From the NCBI GenBank assembly GCA_963645945.1, contig CAVIUA010000048.1, positions 9,827 through 73,826 on the forward strand: a stretch of DNA of 64,000 nt. Reading direction: 5' to 3'. Below the pieces are notes generated by a model, which made no database searches, was not told where the DNA came from, and worked only from the letters and a program-made list of their open reading frames with translations. Made by a program: the position numbers and the translations under genes. Source of the DNA: a bacterium. Lineage in GTDB: Bacteria > Bacillota_I > Bacilli_A > RF39 > UBA660. This document shows, one piece after another, positions 53,111 to 62,085 of this stretch. How positions within the stretch are numbered: position 1 is the first letter of the stretch; each line of letters opens with the position of its first letter.

Positions 53111-54466
53111 TTACTCTTTCTGTTTTGAATATTCTACAATATTATACCAAGTAACCGGATCTATAACACCCGTCATCTCTTGATTAAATATTGACTGTAT
53201 TTTCATTACTGACCTTTCCATTAAGTCATCAAATATTCCAGATACTCTAACTCCAGGAATATTACCAGTCTGTTGACAAATTTTTAACAAAAAGTTTTGT
53301 ATAATTCTAACATCATCACCTGACATACCAAGAGCTAATAATCTACCTTGAAACAACTCATCTTCATACTGAGCATACTCTTCTGGAATATTACGTATTA
53401 TCTCTTTATACACCGTAACCAATTCATTCCAAGTATCAGCGTCAACTACACCAATAGCTGGCAAACCATATTTTTTCTGAAAGTTTATTACCATTGCCTT
53501 AGTATTATCATTAAAGACACTATTAAGTCTTAAACTTGGTAAATCTGGATCAAAATAAGCAATTGTTAATAAAACATAATGTAATACTTGAACTCCTAAA
53601 CCAACATCTGAATACTTAAGTTCATTACCATAATCATAAATAGCCTCTTCTTCACCTATTCCTTCAGAATAAATATCATTAACTCTTTTAACTGCATTAT
53701 AAATATACTTTATTTTATACCAAGTAGAATAATCAACAATACCAGTAGGATTCAAGTTAAATATTTCTTGAAACTTTTTTACACTATTTTGTGTATAAAC
53801 ACCAAAGACGCCATTAACTCTAGGAATCTTAGGAATAGCTGGATAATTATTTGATATTCTATTTAATTCTCTCTGTATTATTCTTACCTTATCACCAGCA
53901 TTACCAAGTTCAATAGGATAACCAGGATAAGCACCAAACACTTCCCCAGTTGGAGCATTTTCTTTTATATTAACATCATTACCATAATAATATTTTAATA
54001 TTTCTAAAGGAGTTTTATTTTGTCTTGCCAAAGAAACACTTCCCCATTGTGATAACCCGTTACAAGTAGTAACTTTTCCATCACAATAAACAGCATTTAA
54101 AGGTTGTATTTGACCAGTACGATAAATATAATTGTTAAATATTTGATCAACTTTTTTAGAAATAGTATCAAACACTTGTCTATTCTTAACAAATGACTGA
54201 TCATATGCTGGCAATGACGTAATATCAAATGTATAACTTTTACTAGGATACCATTCATTATAAATACGATTTAACGCAAATGATATTTGTGCAAGTATAT
54301 TTGCCTCTATCGCACTATCAGGCCAAGTAGGATAAATTTCATTAGAAGCTACATTTTTAATATAATCAACAAAAGGTAAACTTAAATTTTCAGCGGCCTC
54401 ATCAGGAGCCCCTAAATGTACTACAATCTCAGTTGGAATAGTAGGATAATTAATAACATCATTCAT
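53111..54466 (-). CDS. SleC-like spore cortex-lytic enzyme body: catalytic region plus three PG_binding_1-like repeats
   Basis: 451 aa. EIVVHLGAPDEAAENLSLPFVDYIKNVASNEIYPTWPDSAIEANILAQISFALNRIYNEWY matches the conserved block of clostridial SleC as I recall it. Three repeats follow of the type G..G..V..IQ..L....P.....G.FG..T...V..FQ....L...G.VD..TW. Confidence 0.55.
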   Translation of the reverse strand: MNDVINYPTIPTEIVVHLGAPDEAAENLSLPFVDYIKNVASNEIYPTWPDSAIEANILAQISFALNRIYNEWYPSKSYTFDITSLPAYDQSFVKNRQVFDTISKKVDQIFNNYIYRTGQIQPLNAVYCDGKVTTCNGLSQWGSVSLARQNKTPLEILKYYYGNDVNIKENAPTGEVFGAYPGYPIELGNAGDKVRIIQRELNRISNNYPAIPKIPRVNGVFGVYTQNSVKKFQEIFNLNPTGIVDYSTWYKIKYIYNAVKRVNDIYSEGIGEEEAIYDYGNELKYSDVGLGVQVLHYVLLTIAYFDPDLPSLRLNSVFNDNTKAMVINFQKKYGLPAIGVVDADTWNELVTVYKEIIRNIPEEYAQYEDELFQGRLLALGMSGDDVRIIQNFLLKICQQTGNIPGVRVSGIFDDLMERSVMKIQSIFNQEMTGVIDPVTWYNIVEYSKQKE

Positions 54467-54468
54467 AA

Positions 54469-54873
54469 TTATTCACCTGCACCTTCAAATGAAGAACTTG
54501 TTATTGGAAACTGTATTGGCTGAATAATTTTTACATCATCAAAAATATATATAACATAATCTTTAGTCTCATTAGTATTTATATTTTTAGCAACAATATT
54601 ATAAGTAGTAGAAACGATATCATCAGCAGACTCTACATCGCTCTTCATTTCCTTTGTCGGTAAACTAATATTATCAATAATACCAGAAGAATCAGTAACA
54701 CCTTCGTAAAAAACAACTCTTTTACCATCAATATCTTTATAAATAGTAATATCAACATCTTTCAAAGGAAAAGCCTGATTAGCAGTAAATACTTGAACTT
54801 TTAAAAGTCCAGAACCAATATTTTGACTAGCAAAATCTATAAAATTTTTACTATCATACAAAGTATCATTCAT
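54469..54873 (-). CDS. Small beta-sandwich (carboxypeptidase-regulatory-like) protein resembling the SleC pre-region
   Basis: Start trimmed to ATG 54873, with RBS AAAGGGTG. GLLKVQVFTANQAFPLKDVDITIYKD...GVTDSSGIIDNISLP is the pattern of a CarboxypepD_reg-like domain. The stop lies 2 nt before the next gene's start, whose RBS AGGTGA is inside this ORF. Confidence 0.4.
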   Translation of the reverse strand: MNDTLYDSKNFIDFASQNIGSGLLKVQVFTANQAFPLKDVDITIYKDIDGKRVVFYEGVTDSSGIIDNISLPTKEMKSDVESADDIVSTTYNIVAKNINTNETKDYVIYIFDDVKIIQPIQFPITSSSFEGAGE

Positions 54874-54889
54874 ATAAAACACCCTTTCT

Positions 54890-55720
54890 TTATATTATTA
54901 ATTTTTGACCAAGTGAAAGTAAATTACTAGTCAAATTATTTTTTTTTTTAATGACATCTACTGTCGTATCAAACTTTCTTGCTATAGAATAAAGACTATC
55001 TCCAGCTTGAACAATATAATAAGTATCACCAGTACTTGGAATTTTTAAAACTTGTCCTATTGATAAATTATTAGTACTAAGATTATTAAGAGATTTTATT
55101 TCTGAAACACTAGTATTATATTTTCTAGCTATTGAATAAAGATTATCACCTGACTTAACAGTATAAGTAATATAATCCTCCGGAACAACAAAGTCTTCTC
55201 CATAACACTCTTCAACTGATGAAACACTTTTATTGTCCTTTACTATCAAAATCTGACCTATTGATAATACATCAGTCTTTAAATTATTATCTTTTTTTAT
55301 TTTATCTACTGTAGTTCCAAATTTATTTGCAATACTATATAAATTATCTCCAGCTTGAACAGTATAATTTACATAGTCTGGCATTGATGTATTATCACTC
55401 TTATTCATATAACAAGGTATTCTAATTCTTTGTCCTATTGAAAGATTATTACTAGTTAAATTATTATATCTCTTAATAGCGTCTACTGTAGTATCATATT
55501 TTTTCGCTATTGAATATAAATTATCCCTTTTAACAACAGTATAAATAACACATTCAGATGGATTATTTTCATCTCCTCCAGAAATAATAAGCACTTGTAA
55601 TGGAACAATATTATCATCAGATAAATTATTCAATTCCCTTAATTTCTGTACACTAGTGTTAAACTGTCTAGATATTCCATACAACGTATCACCTTTCTGA
55701 ACTACATACGTATTATTCAT
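54890..55720 (-). CDS. Protein made of five LysM repeats
   Basis: Start trimmed to ATG 55720, with RBS AAAGGAG. Five copies of Y.V..GD.LY.IA..F/Y.T.V..I...NNL....L..GQ.L.I. Confidence 0.8.
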   Translation of the reverse strand: MNNTYVVQKGDTLYGISRQFNTSVQKLRELNNLSDDNIVPLQVLIISGGDENNPSECVIYTVVKRDNLYSIAKKYDTTVDAIKRYNNLTSNNLSIGQRIRIPCYMNKSDNTSMPDYVNYTVQAGDNLYSIANKFGTTVDKIKKDNNLKTDVLSIGQILIVKDNKSVSSVEECYGEDFVVPEDYITYTVKSGDNLYSIARKYNTSVSEIKSLNNLSTNNLSIGQVLKIPSTGDTYYIVQAGDSLYSIARKFDTTVDVIKKKNNLTSNLLSLGQKLII

Positions 55721-55756
55721 AGAATTACTCCTTTCATTAATATATATGAAAAAAGT

Positions 55757-55782
55757 CAAAAAAAAACCCGTATTTTTCGGGT
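55757..55782 (-). terminator. Intrinsic terminator after rsmA
   Basis: Minus strand ACCCG-aaaaata-CGGGT followed by nine T. Confidence 0.7.
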
Positions 55783-55788
55783 AAATAA

Positions 55789-56592
55789 CTATTTAGTACA
55801 CAATTCATTAGCTAAATCAACAAATACTTTAACGGGCAAAGCCTCAGCTCTTACAGATAAATCATATCCAAACTTCTGTAAAACCATATTAACTTTTTCT
55901 AAATCATAACCTACTAAATTATTCTTAATAGTCTTTCTTTTTTGTTGAAAACTATCTCTAACTAATTTCTCAAAAAGTTGACTATCTAAAAGTTCATACT
56001 TATTTTCTTTTTCTTTAAAAGAAATAATAACACTATCTACATTAGGCACTGGAACAAATTCATTCCTAGAAACCAAGAACTCTTTACGAGCATCAAAATA
56101 ATACTGTAATAAGACAGATATTGAACCATATGACTTATTACCAGGACCAGTTGTAAATCTATCACCAACTTCTTTTTGAACCATCATAACTATTCTTTTA
56201 AATTTTAACTTACTATCTATAAGCTTCAAAATAATTGGCGTTGTTATATAATAAGGAACATTACTAACAAAATACAAATTTTCATAATCATATTTTGAAA
56301 TATCACCACATAAATCAGAAGTTAAAAAGTCTTTAAACAAAACTTCTACGTTATTTAGACCCTCTAATCTACTATAAAGTTCATCTTTTAAATCTTCATC
56401 TATTTCATAAGCTAGCACATTATCAGCTTTTTTAGCAAGTTCTCTAGTCATAATTGCGCCACCTGGACCAACTTCAATAACTAAAGATTTTTCTTTAATA
56501 TCCGCAACATCTACAATTCTTTTAACTACACTTATATTCTTCAAAAAGTTTTGTCCAAACTTTTTCTTAAAATCAACATTATATCTTTCCAT
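55789..56592 (-). CDS. rsmA: 16S rRNA (adenine1518/1519-N6)-dimethyltransferase
   Basis: 267 aa. KKKFGQNFL, VIEVGPGGGAMT-type motif I, and SNVPYYITTPI. Confidence 0.93.
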   Translation of the reverse strand: MERYNVDFKKKFGQNFLKNISVVKRIVDVADIKEKSLVIEVGPGGAIMTRELAKKADNVLAYEIDEDLKDELYSRLEGLNNVEVLFKDFLTSDLCGDISKYDYENLYFVSNVPYYITTPIILKLIDSKLKFKRIVMMVQKEVGDRFTTGPGNKSYGSISVLLQYYFDARKEFLVSRNEFVPVPNVDSVIISFKEKENKYELLDSQLFEKLVRDSFQQKRKTIKNNLVGYDLEKVNMVLQKFGYDLSVRAEALPVKVFVDLANELCTK

Positions 56593-56620
56593 TCAACATC
56601 ACCCTTATACATGTTAAAAA

Positions 56621-57274
56621 CTAAATAATTTCCAATTCTTCTTCCTTTGCTTTACTCTTCCATTTAGAAACTATTTTTAAAATATCAAATATTAAAATCG
56701 CAATAGCTGGTACTACTATTCCTAACATAAATCCATATGAAGTAGTTAAAAACCTTCTAACAGCACCAAGCTTAGGTATTTTTAAAATTACTTTTCCAAA
56801 TATCCTATCTTCCGCAACTATTGAAGGATCCATAATACTATTATTATCACCCTTAGTTCTAAATAAATATGCACCAGAACTAGATTTTTCTTTACTAACT
56901 ATTCTATGTGTAACAGTTAAATCTGGATAAGACGGATCAATAGATGAGAATGTTATTATATCACCTAATTCCAAATTTTTACCAGTTTCTCTTCTAATAA
57001 CAATAGCGTCATCAACATTAATTGTTGGTACCATACTTTGAGAAACAATAATATAAGCATCAAATAAAGGTGTTTTATTATTACCTTTACTTAAGTTATA
57101 AACTAAATCTCCAAAGTATAAAGCCATTACTAAACCAAAGCCTACAAAGAAGACAAAAACTGCATATAAAAATGCCCGAGCTATAAAATGAAAAATATAC
57201 TTTATCTTTTCAAAAGTACTTAACTCAGTCTGAAAATTATGCACTTTACCATTTAAATCAGCATGAATTCTCAT
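56621..57274 (-). CDS. sipW: Signal peptidase I, SipW (ER/archaeal) type
   Basis: 217 aa. Ser box VSQSMVPTI, His box LTVTHRIV, TKGDNN, DPSIVAEDRIFGKV, and both N- and C-terminal TM segments. It parallels B. subtilis SipW (SGSMEPTF, ITHRII, TKGDNN, recalled). Confidence 0.85.
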   Translation of the reverse strand: MRIHADLNGKVHNFQTELSTFEKIKYIFHFIARAFLYAVFVFFVGFGLVMALYFGDLVYNLSKGNNKTPLFDAYIIVSQSMVPTINVDDAIVIRRETGKNLELGDIITFSSIDPSYPDLTVTHRIVSKEKSSSGAYLFRTKGDNNSIMDPSIVAEDRIFGKVILKIPKLGAVRRFLTTSYGFMLGIVVPAIAILIFDILKIVSKWKSKAKEEELEII

Positions 57275-57354
57275 GAAATTGCCTCCTAATCTATAACAAT
57301 TATAATACTTATCAAAGTTAAAAATCTATATTTTTACAAATAAAAAAGAACGCT

Positions 57355-57966
57355 TTACACGTCCAAATTATAATTAACTTTCACAATAGCCTTAAAATTT
57401 TTAGAAGAACTACCTATAACAGTCTCTTCATCGGTCCATATTTTAAGTCTATAATTATCACAAAATTGCTTAGTATCTTCAGTTGTATTTCTAAAAATAC
57501 CAGAATATAAAATCATACTATTACTTAAATTATCAGTCTCATAAATATTATTTTCTAAAGTAAAAGTAAAATAACTAGGATAATTATCAACAGGAACATA
57601 TCTTCCATTAACAAGTTTTTCTAAATATATTCTAACTTCGTTATCACCAAGTAAAGCATAATCATCATCTTTAACTCTTTCTAACAACACTTCATAATTA
57701 ATAGTATTATTTGAAGACACATTAGAAATAATTTTAAAGTCTAAATAACTATTCATAGCTATTCCTTCTGAGTCATTCATTGGTAAAGTTCCAATTAAAA
57801 AAATACCATCAGCATCAGTATCATAATCAATATAAACAATGTCTTTAGAATTTAAATTAGAATTAGGTTCAACTAAAACAGCATAACTAACACCAACTAT
57901 CGCAACTATTAAAATAGCCAATCCAAGTATTGACAATAATAATTGTTTTGACAAAGTATTATCCAT
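57355..57966 (-). CDS. Paralog 3 of an N-terminally anchored ~200-aa family, candidate SipW substrate
   Basis: 203 aa. One N-terminal hydrophobic segment ending VGVSYAVL. Shares motifs with the two upstream genes: LPMNDSEG, NYEVLLE, VRIYLEK, NYRLKIWTDEE, IVKVN. Confidence 0.6.
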   Translation of the reverse strand: MDNTLSKQLLLSILGLAILIVAIVGVSYAVLVEPNSNLNSKDIVYIDYDTDADGIFLIGTLPMNDSEGIAMNSYLDFKIISNVSSNNTINYEVLLERVKDDDYALLGDNEVRIYLEKLVNGRYVPVDNYPSYFTFTLENNIYETDNLSNSMILYSGIFRNTTEDTKQFCDNYRLKIWTDEETVIGSSSKNFKAIVKVNYNLDV

Positions 57967-57984
57967 AATACCACCGCCTCAAAA

Positions 57985-58572
57985 CTACTTATCTTTTCCA
58001 AATACATCTACTTTTACAGAAACATAATAAACACTATCAGGAACAACAGAACTCTTTTCATCTAAAAATACTCTAAGACGGTAATTATCAACTGAGTCAC
58101 GTTTCTTAGTATCTTCTAATAGTACCATAGAACCAGCTGGAGTTGAAAGTTTACTACTCTTATTAAGACCTTTAAAAACAGAAGGTCCAAATACTTTACT
58201 AAAAGATCCGGAATTTTGTTTTTCTAAATAAAACTTAATCATATCACCAGTAACATTAGATTCATCTTCAATAATAGAAACAGCAATTTCATAATTAATT
58301 TCATCAGAATCTTCCAACTTAGTATTAACAACAAAATCAAAATATTGTTCACTAGTTTTACCAAGTGAATCTGTTAAAGGGATTAAATTAGTAAACTTAA
58401 ATGTATTACTATCAGTATAACTCATAGTAATTACACCAGGATTATATTCATCAACAGTATCATCTTTTTTATTACTTAAAAGACCAAATGCTAATACAAC
58501 TATCAAAATAACTAAAACACTAATTAATATAATCCAACAAATAACTTTTTTTGATACACCCTTTTTATCCAT
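57985..58572 (-). CDS. Paralog 2 of the same family
   Basis: 195 aa with an N-terminal TM segment. Motifs IPLTDSLG, NYEIAVS, IKFYLEK, NYRLRVFLDEK, VKVD. AGGAGG RBS. Confidence 0.6.
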   Translation of the reverse strand: MDKKGVSKKVICWIILISVLVILIVVLAFGLLSNKKDDTVDEYNPGVITMSYTDSNTFKFTNLIPLTDSLGKTSEQYFDFVVNTKLEDSDEINYEIAVSIIEDESNVTGDMIKFYLEKQNSGSFSKVFGPSVFKGLNKSSKLSTPAGSMVLLEDTKKRDSVDNYRLRVFLDEKSSVVPDSVYYVSVKVDVFGKDK

Positions 58573-58586
58573 ATAAGTTAATCCTC

Positions 58587-59174
58587 CTAAGATAATTTCT
58601 TAACTTTTATTATACCATTAAATTCTTTTTTTGTATCACTTAAAAAATAAGTTTCATCTAACCAAAGACGTAATTTGAATTCTTGCTTCTGATTTCCAAA
58701 AATTGTACCAGAATATAATAACTTACCAGATGCACTACTCTTTGAAACTCTTAAATTTCGATATGTCATAACTTCATTACCAGAATAATCTTTAAAAGCT
58801 TTTCCATCTCCATCAGTCAAATAAACTTTTACATAGTTTGGATCAATAGTATTATCATTTTCTTCACTCTCCAAATAAACTTCATAATTACTAGAAATAT
58901 TCTTATCACCAGTACTTTCTACTGAAAAAGATATTTCATTTAGAATATCATCATCCACATTAGAAGCATCAAGAGTTCTACCAGATTCATCTGTTAATGG
59001 TAATTTATTAGATATATGAATACTATTAGTACCAGTTAAACTAACACTATTAGAATTAGAATTAAATTCATCCTTTGTTAAAGCAATTACAATTATAACC
59101 AAAAAGAAAAAAACAATAGACATTACAAATAAAAACGTATTTTTATTAAAATATCTAGACATCTTATAGTTCAT
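58587..59174 (-). CDS. Paralog 1 of the same family
   Basis: 195 aa with an N-terminal TM segment. Motifs LPLTDESG, NYEVYLE, VKVYLTD, FKLRLWLDET, IKVK. Confidence 0.6.
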   Translation of the reverse strand: MNYKMSRYFNKNTFLFVMSIVFFFLVIIVIALTKDEFNSNSNSVSLTGTNSIHISNKLPLTDESGRTLDASNVDDDILNEISFSVESTGDKNISSNYEVYLESEENDNTIDPNYVKVYLTDGDGKAFKDYSGNEVMTYRNLRVSKSSASGKLLYSGTIFGNQKQEFKLRLWLDETYFLSDTKKEFNGIIKVKKLS

Positions 59175-59217
59175 ACACCATCAACCCTTATCTAAAATAA
59201 GATTAACATAAAGGTAA

Positions 59218-59964
59218 TTACAAGTCAAATAAATTACTAGCAGTCTTAGTAGTCTTTTCTTCTACTTCAGATAAAGAAACATTTAATATATCCGCTATTT
59301 TTGTTGCAATAACAGGTATATACTTTGAACTGTTCTGCTTACCACGAAAAGGTTCAGGTGCTAAATAAGGAGCATCTGTCTCTAACACTATATTATCAAG
59401 TCCAACATGTTCAACAACTTTATATAAATTACTATTTTTAAAAGTAACTACTCCACCAATACCAAGCTTATAACCAAGCTTAATATAAATATCAGCAGTT
59501 TCTACACTACCAGAAAAACAATGTATAACACCTTTTACATTATGTTTCTTTAAAGTCTCAATAGTATCATTAACAGCATCTCTACTATGTATAACAACAG
59601 GTAAATTTAATTTTTCAGCTATTATTAATTGCTTCTCAAATAATTCTTTTTGTATATCAATATCTTCTTTTCCATAATGATAATCAAGGCCTATTTCACC
59701 AACACCAACAACTTTATCAGTATTCAATAACTCTTCAAGTAACTCTAAATCAGCATCAGTAGTATCAACTTCTGAAGGATGGAATCCTAAAGTAACATAT
59801 ATTGAATCATATTTTTTAGCTAGAGACAAAGCTTCCTCAAAAGTATTTTTAGTACAAGCAGAAACAATAAGTAATTTAACTCCAGATTCTAAATTTTCTT
59901 TTATTACTTTATCTACATCTTCATAATCTTCAATAGATAAATGACAATGTGTATCAATAAACAT
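59218..59964 (-). CDS. tatD: TatD-family metal-dependent DNase/hydrolase (YabD-like)
   Basis: Start trimmed to ATG 59964 (MFIDTHCHL), with a GGAGG RBS. GEIGLDYHY, VIHSRDA, GVIHCFSG, ETDAPYL. Confidence 0.9.
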   Translation of the reverse strand: MFIDTHCHLSIEDYEDVDKVIKENLESGVKLLIVSACTKNTFEEALSLAKKYDSIYVTLGFHPSEVDTTDADLELLEELLNTDKVVGVGEIGLDYHYGKEDIDIQKELFEKQLIIAEKLNLPVVIHSRDAVNDTIETLKKHNVKGVIHCFSGSVETADIYIKLGYKLGIGGVVTFKNSNLYKVVEHVGLDNIVLETDAPYLAPEPFRGKQNSSKYIPVIATKIADILNVSLSEVEEKTTKTASNLFDL

Positions 59965-59993
59965 AAAAATACCTCCAAAATAAAAATACCATA

Positions 59994-60158
59994 TTAATGG
60001 CATTTTTTCCATCTATATATTTTTAAACTAATATAGGAATACAACATAAAACAAAAATAAACAATATCTAACATATTAAAATTCATCAAAATATTATACA
60101 ACAGTACTACCTGAGATAACACAAAAATTAAATCAGAAACAATAAAACGATTATTCAT
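59994..60158 (-). CDS. Possible small hydrophobic protein (54 aa)
   Basis: Below the track's size cutoff. Manual translation gives MNNRFIVSDLIFVLSQVVLLYNILMNFNMLDIVYFCFMLYSYISLKIYRWKKCH. RBS AAGGAGA lies 6 nt before the ATG at 60158. There is no homology evidence. Confidence 0.3.
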   Translation of the reverse strand: MNNRFIVSDLIFVLSQVVLLYNILMNFNMLDIVYFCFMLYSYISLKIYRWKKCH

Positions 60159-60265
60159 AACAATCTCCTTAAATTATATTTGTACTGCGAAACAATATAA
60201 ATATAACACAAAAAAGAGAAAATTAATTTCTAACCTTCTCTTTTCTTATAATTATACACTATATT

Positions 60266-61801
60266 TTACATCTCTTGAAGAAATTTATCTTTATCTATTC
60301 TTTGGAATAAAACCTCAGGTTGTCCTAATTTGTATTCATTATCTTCTACATATTTAAATTCAGGAACATCATTATTTATTTGTTTTAAAATTTCCTTACT
60401 TGTATTAGTAATAAATGGCTCTAACAGAATAGCACATACTCTAATAGATTCTAATAAGTTATAAATAACTGTTTCTAATCTATCTTTCTTAGCCTCATCT
60501 TTAGCTAATATCCAAGGAGTAGTATCATCTATATATTTATTACTAGCTCTTAAAACATTCATAATTTCAGTTAAAGCATCACTTACTTGATAATCATCCA
60601 TTTTAGAAACTAATTTACTATCTAATTCATTGATACTTTCAATAAAAGACTTATCTATATCATCATATACTTTCTTGTTACAAATAGCACCTGAAAAATA
60701 CTTATTACCCATCGAAATAGTTCTTTGAACTAAGTTACCTAAAATATTTGCTAAATCACTATTAATCTTTTCAATAAGAAGCTCATAAGTAATATTACCA
60801 TCATTAGCAAAAGGAATTTCATGCAATAAATAATATCTAACAGCATCAACACCAAATTTCTCTACTAATTCATCAGCATAAATAACATTACCTTTAGATT
60901 TACTCATCTTATCATTATTCATTAATAACCAAGGATGTCCAAAAATTTTCTCTGGTATTTCTAAACCTAATGACCATAAGAAGCAAGGCCAATAAATTGA
61001 ATGAAAACGTACAATATCTTTACCAATTAAATGTAAGTTAGCTGGCCATAATTTTTTAAATTGCTCTGTCTGACTATCAACATCATATCCAATATTAGTA
61101 ATATAATTAGTTAATGCATCAAGCCAAACATAAACAACATGTCCTTCATCAAAAGTAACTGGAATACCCCAAGTTAATGATGTTCTTGAAACACATAAAT
61201 CTTGTAAACCAGGTTTAATAAAGTTATTTAACATTTCATTTTTTCTAGAAACAGGCTGAATAAAATCAGGATGTTCTTCTATATATTTTTCTAACTTATC
61301 TTGATATTTACTTAATTTAAAGAAATATGCCTCTTCTCTTGCTTCATGAACTTCTCTATTACAGTCTGGACATTTTCCATCAACTAACTGAGACTCAGTC
61401 CAAAAAGACTCACAAGGAGTACAATATAATCCTTTGTATTCACCTTTATAAATATCTCCTGAATCATACATTTTTTTAAAGATATGTTGAACAACTTCTT
61501 TATGATGAGAATCTGTAGTTCTTACAAACTTATCATAACTAGTATTCATTAAATCCCAAATACCTTGAATTTGTTTAGCTATACCATCAACAAATTCCTT
61601 TGGTGATATACCAGCATCTCTAGCTTTTTCTTCAATTTTAATACCATGTTCATCAGTACCAGTCTGAAAATAAACATCATATCCATGTTGTCTTTTAAAT
61701 CTAGCAATTGAATCTGCCAAAACGATTTCATATGTATTACCTATATGTGGCTTACCAGAAGTATAAGCAATAGCAGTAGCAATATAAAACTTTTTACCCA
61801 T
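60266..61801 (-). CDS. metG: Methionyl-tRNA synthetase (short form, no C-terminal tRNA-binding domain)
   Basis: Start trimmed to ATG 61801 (MGKKFYIATAIAYTSGKPHIGN), with RBS GAAGGAGG. HIGN and KMSKS motifs and a CPDC zinc knuckle. Confidence 0.95.
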   Translation of the reverse strand: MGKKFYIATAIAYTSGKPHIGNTYEIVLADSIARFKRQHGYDVYFQTGTDEHGIKIEEKARDAGISPKEFVDGIAKQIQGIWDLMNTSYDKFVRTTDSHHKEVVQHIFKKMYDSGDIYKGEYKGLYCTPCESFWTESQLVDGKCPDCNREVHEAREEAYFFKLSKYQDKLEKYIEEHPDFIQPVSRKNEMLNNFIKPGLQDLCVSRTSLTWGIPVTFDEGHVVYVWLDALTNYITNIGYDVDSQTEQFKKLWPANLHLIGKDIVRFHSIYWPCFLWSLGLEIPEKIFGHPWLLMNNDKMSKSKGNVIYADELVEKFGVDAVRYYLLHEIPFANDGNITYELLIEKINSDLANILGNLVQRTISMGNKYFSGAICNKKVYDDIDKSFIESINELDSKLVSKMDDYQVSDALTEIMNVLRASNKYIDDTTPWILAKDEAKKDRLETVIYNLLESIRVCAILLEPFITNTSKEILKQINNDVPEFKYVEDNEYKLGQPEVLFQRIDKDKFLQEM

Positions 61802-61834
61802 AATATCATCCTCCTTCAAATTTAATACCAAAAA

Positions 61835-62045
61835 AAAATATTATAAACATAAGGACGAGAAGTTTCTCGCGGTACCACCTTATTTTATAATATTTCTGAT
61901 ATTATACACTCGAGTAGTTAACGCCTACCTACGATTATACCTACATATCGATATAATAGTTCAAAAGCCATACTTAAATTAATTTTTATACTCATTCCCA
62001 CCAAACAGAGTTCTCTTAATAAAAATTTAATTAAAGCTCTTCATC
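61835..62045 (-). promoter_or_regulatory. T-box leader upstream of metG
   Basis: Minus strand contains AAGGTGGTACCGCGAGAAACTTCTCGTCCTTAT (T-box core GGTGGTACCGCG) with an alternative helix ATAAGG...CCTTAT and a downstream T8 run. Upstream stem-I-like AAGAGAACTCTGTTTGGTGGGAATGAG and AGTATGG / GATATGT provide AUG candidates for the specifier. A possible promoter TTGTGT-17-TTAAAT lies at 62051-62079. Confidence 0.75.
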
Positions 62046-62085
62046 ACAACATTTAAGATATGCATGAAGTATAACACAATTTTCT

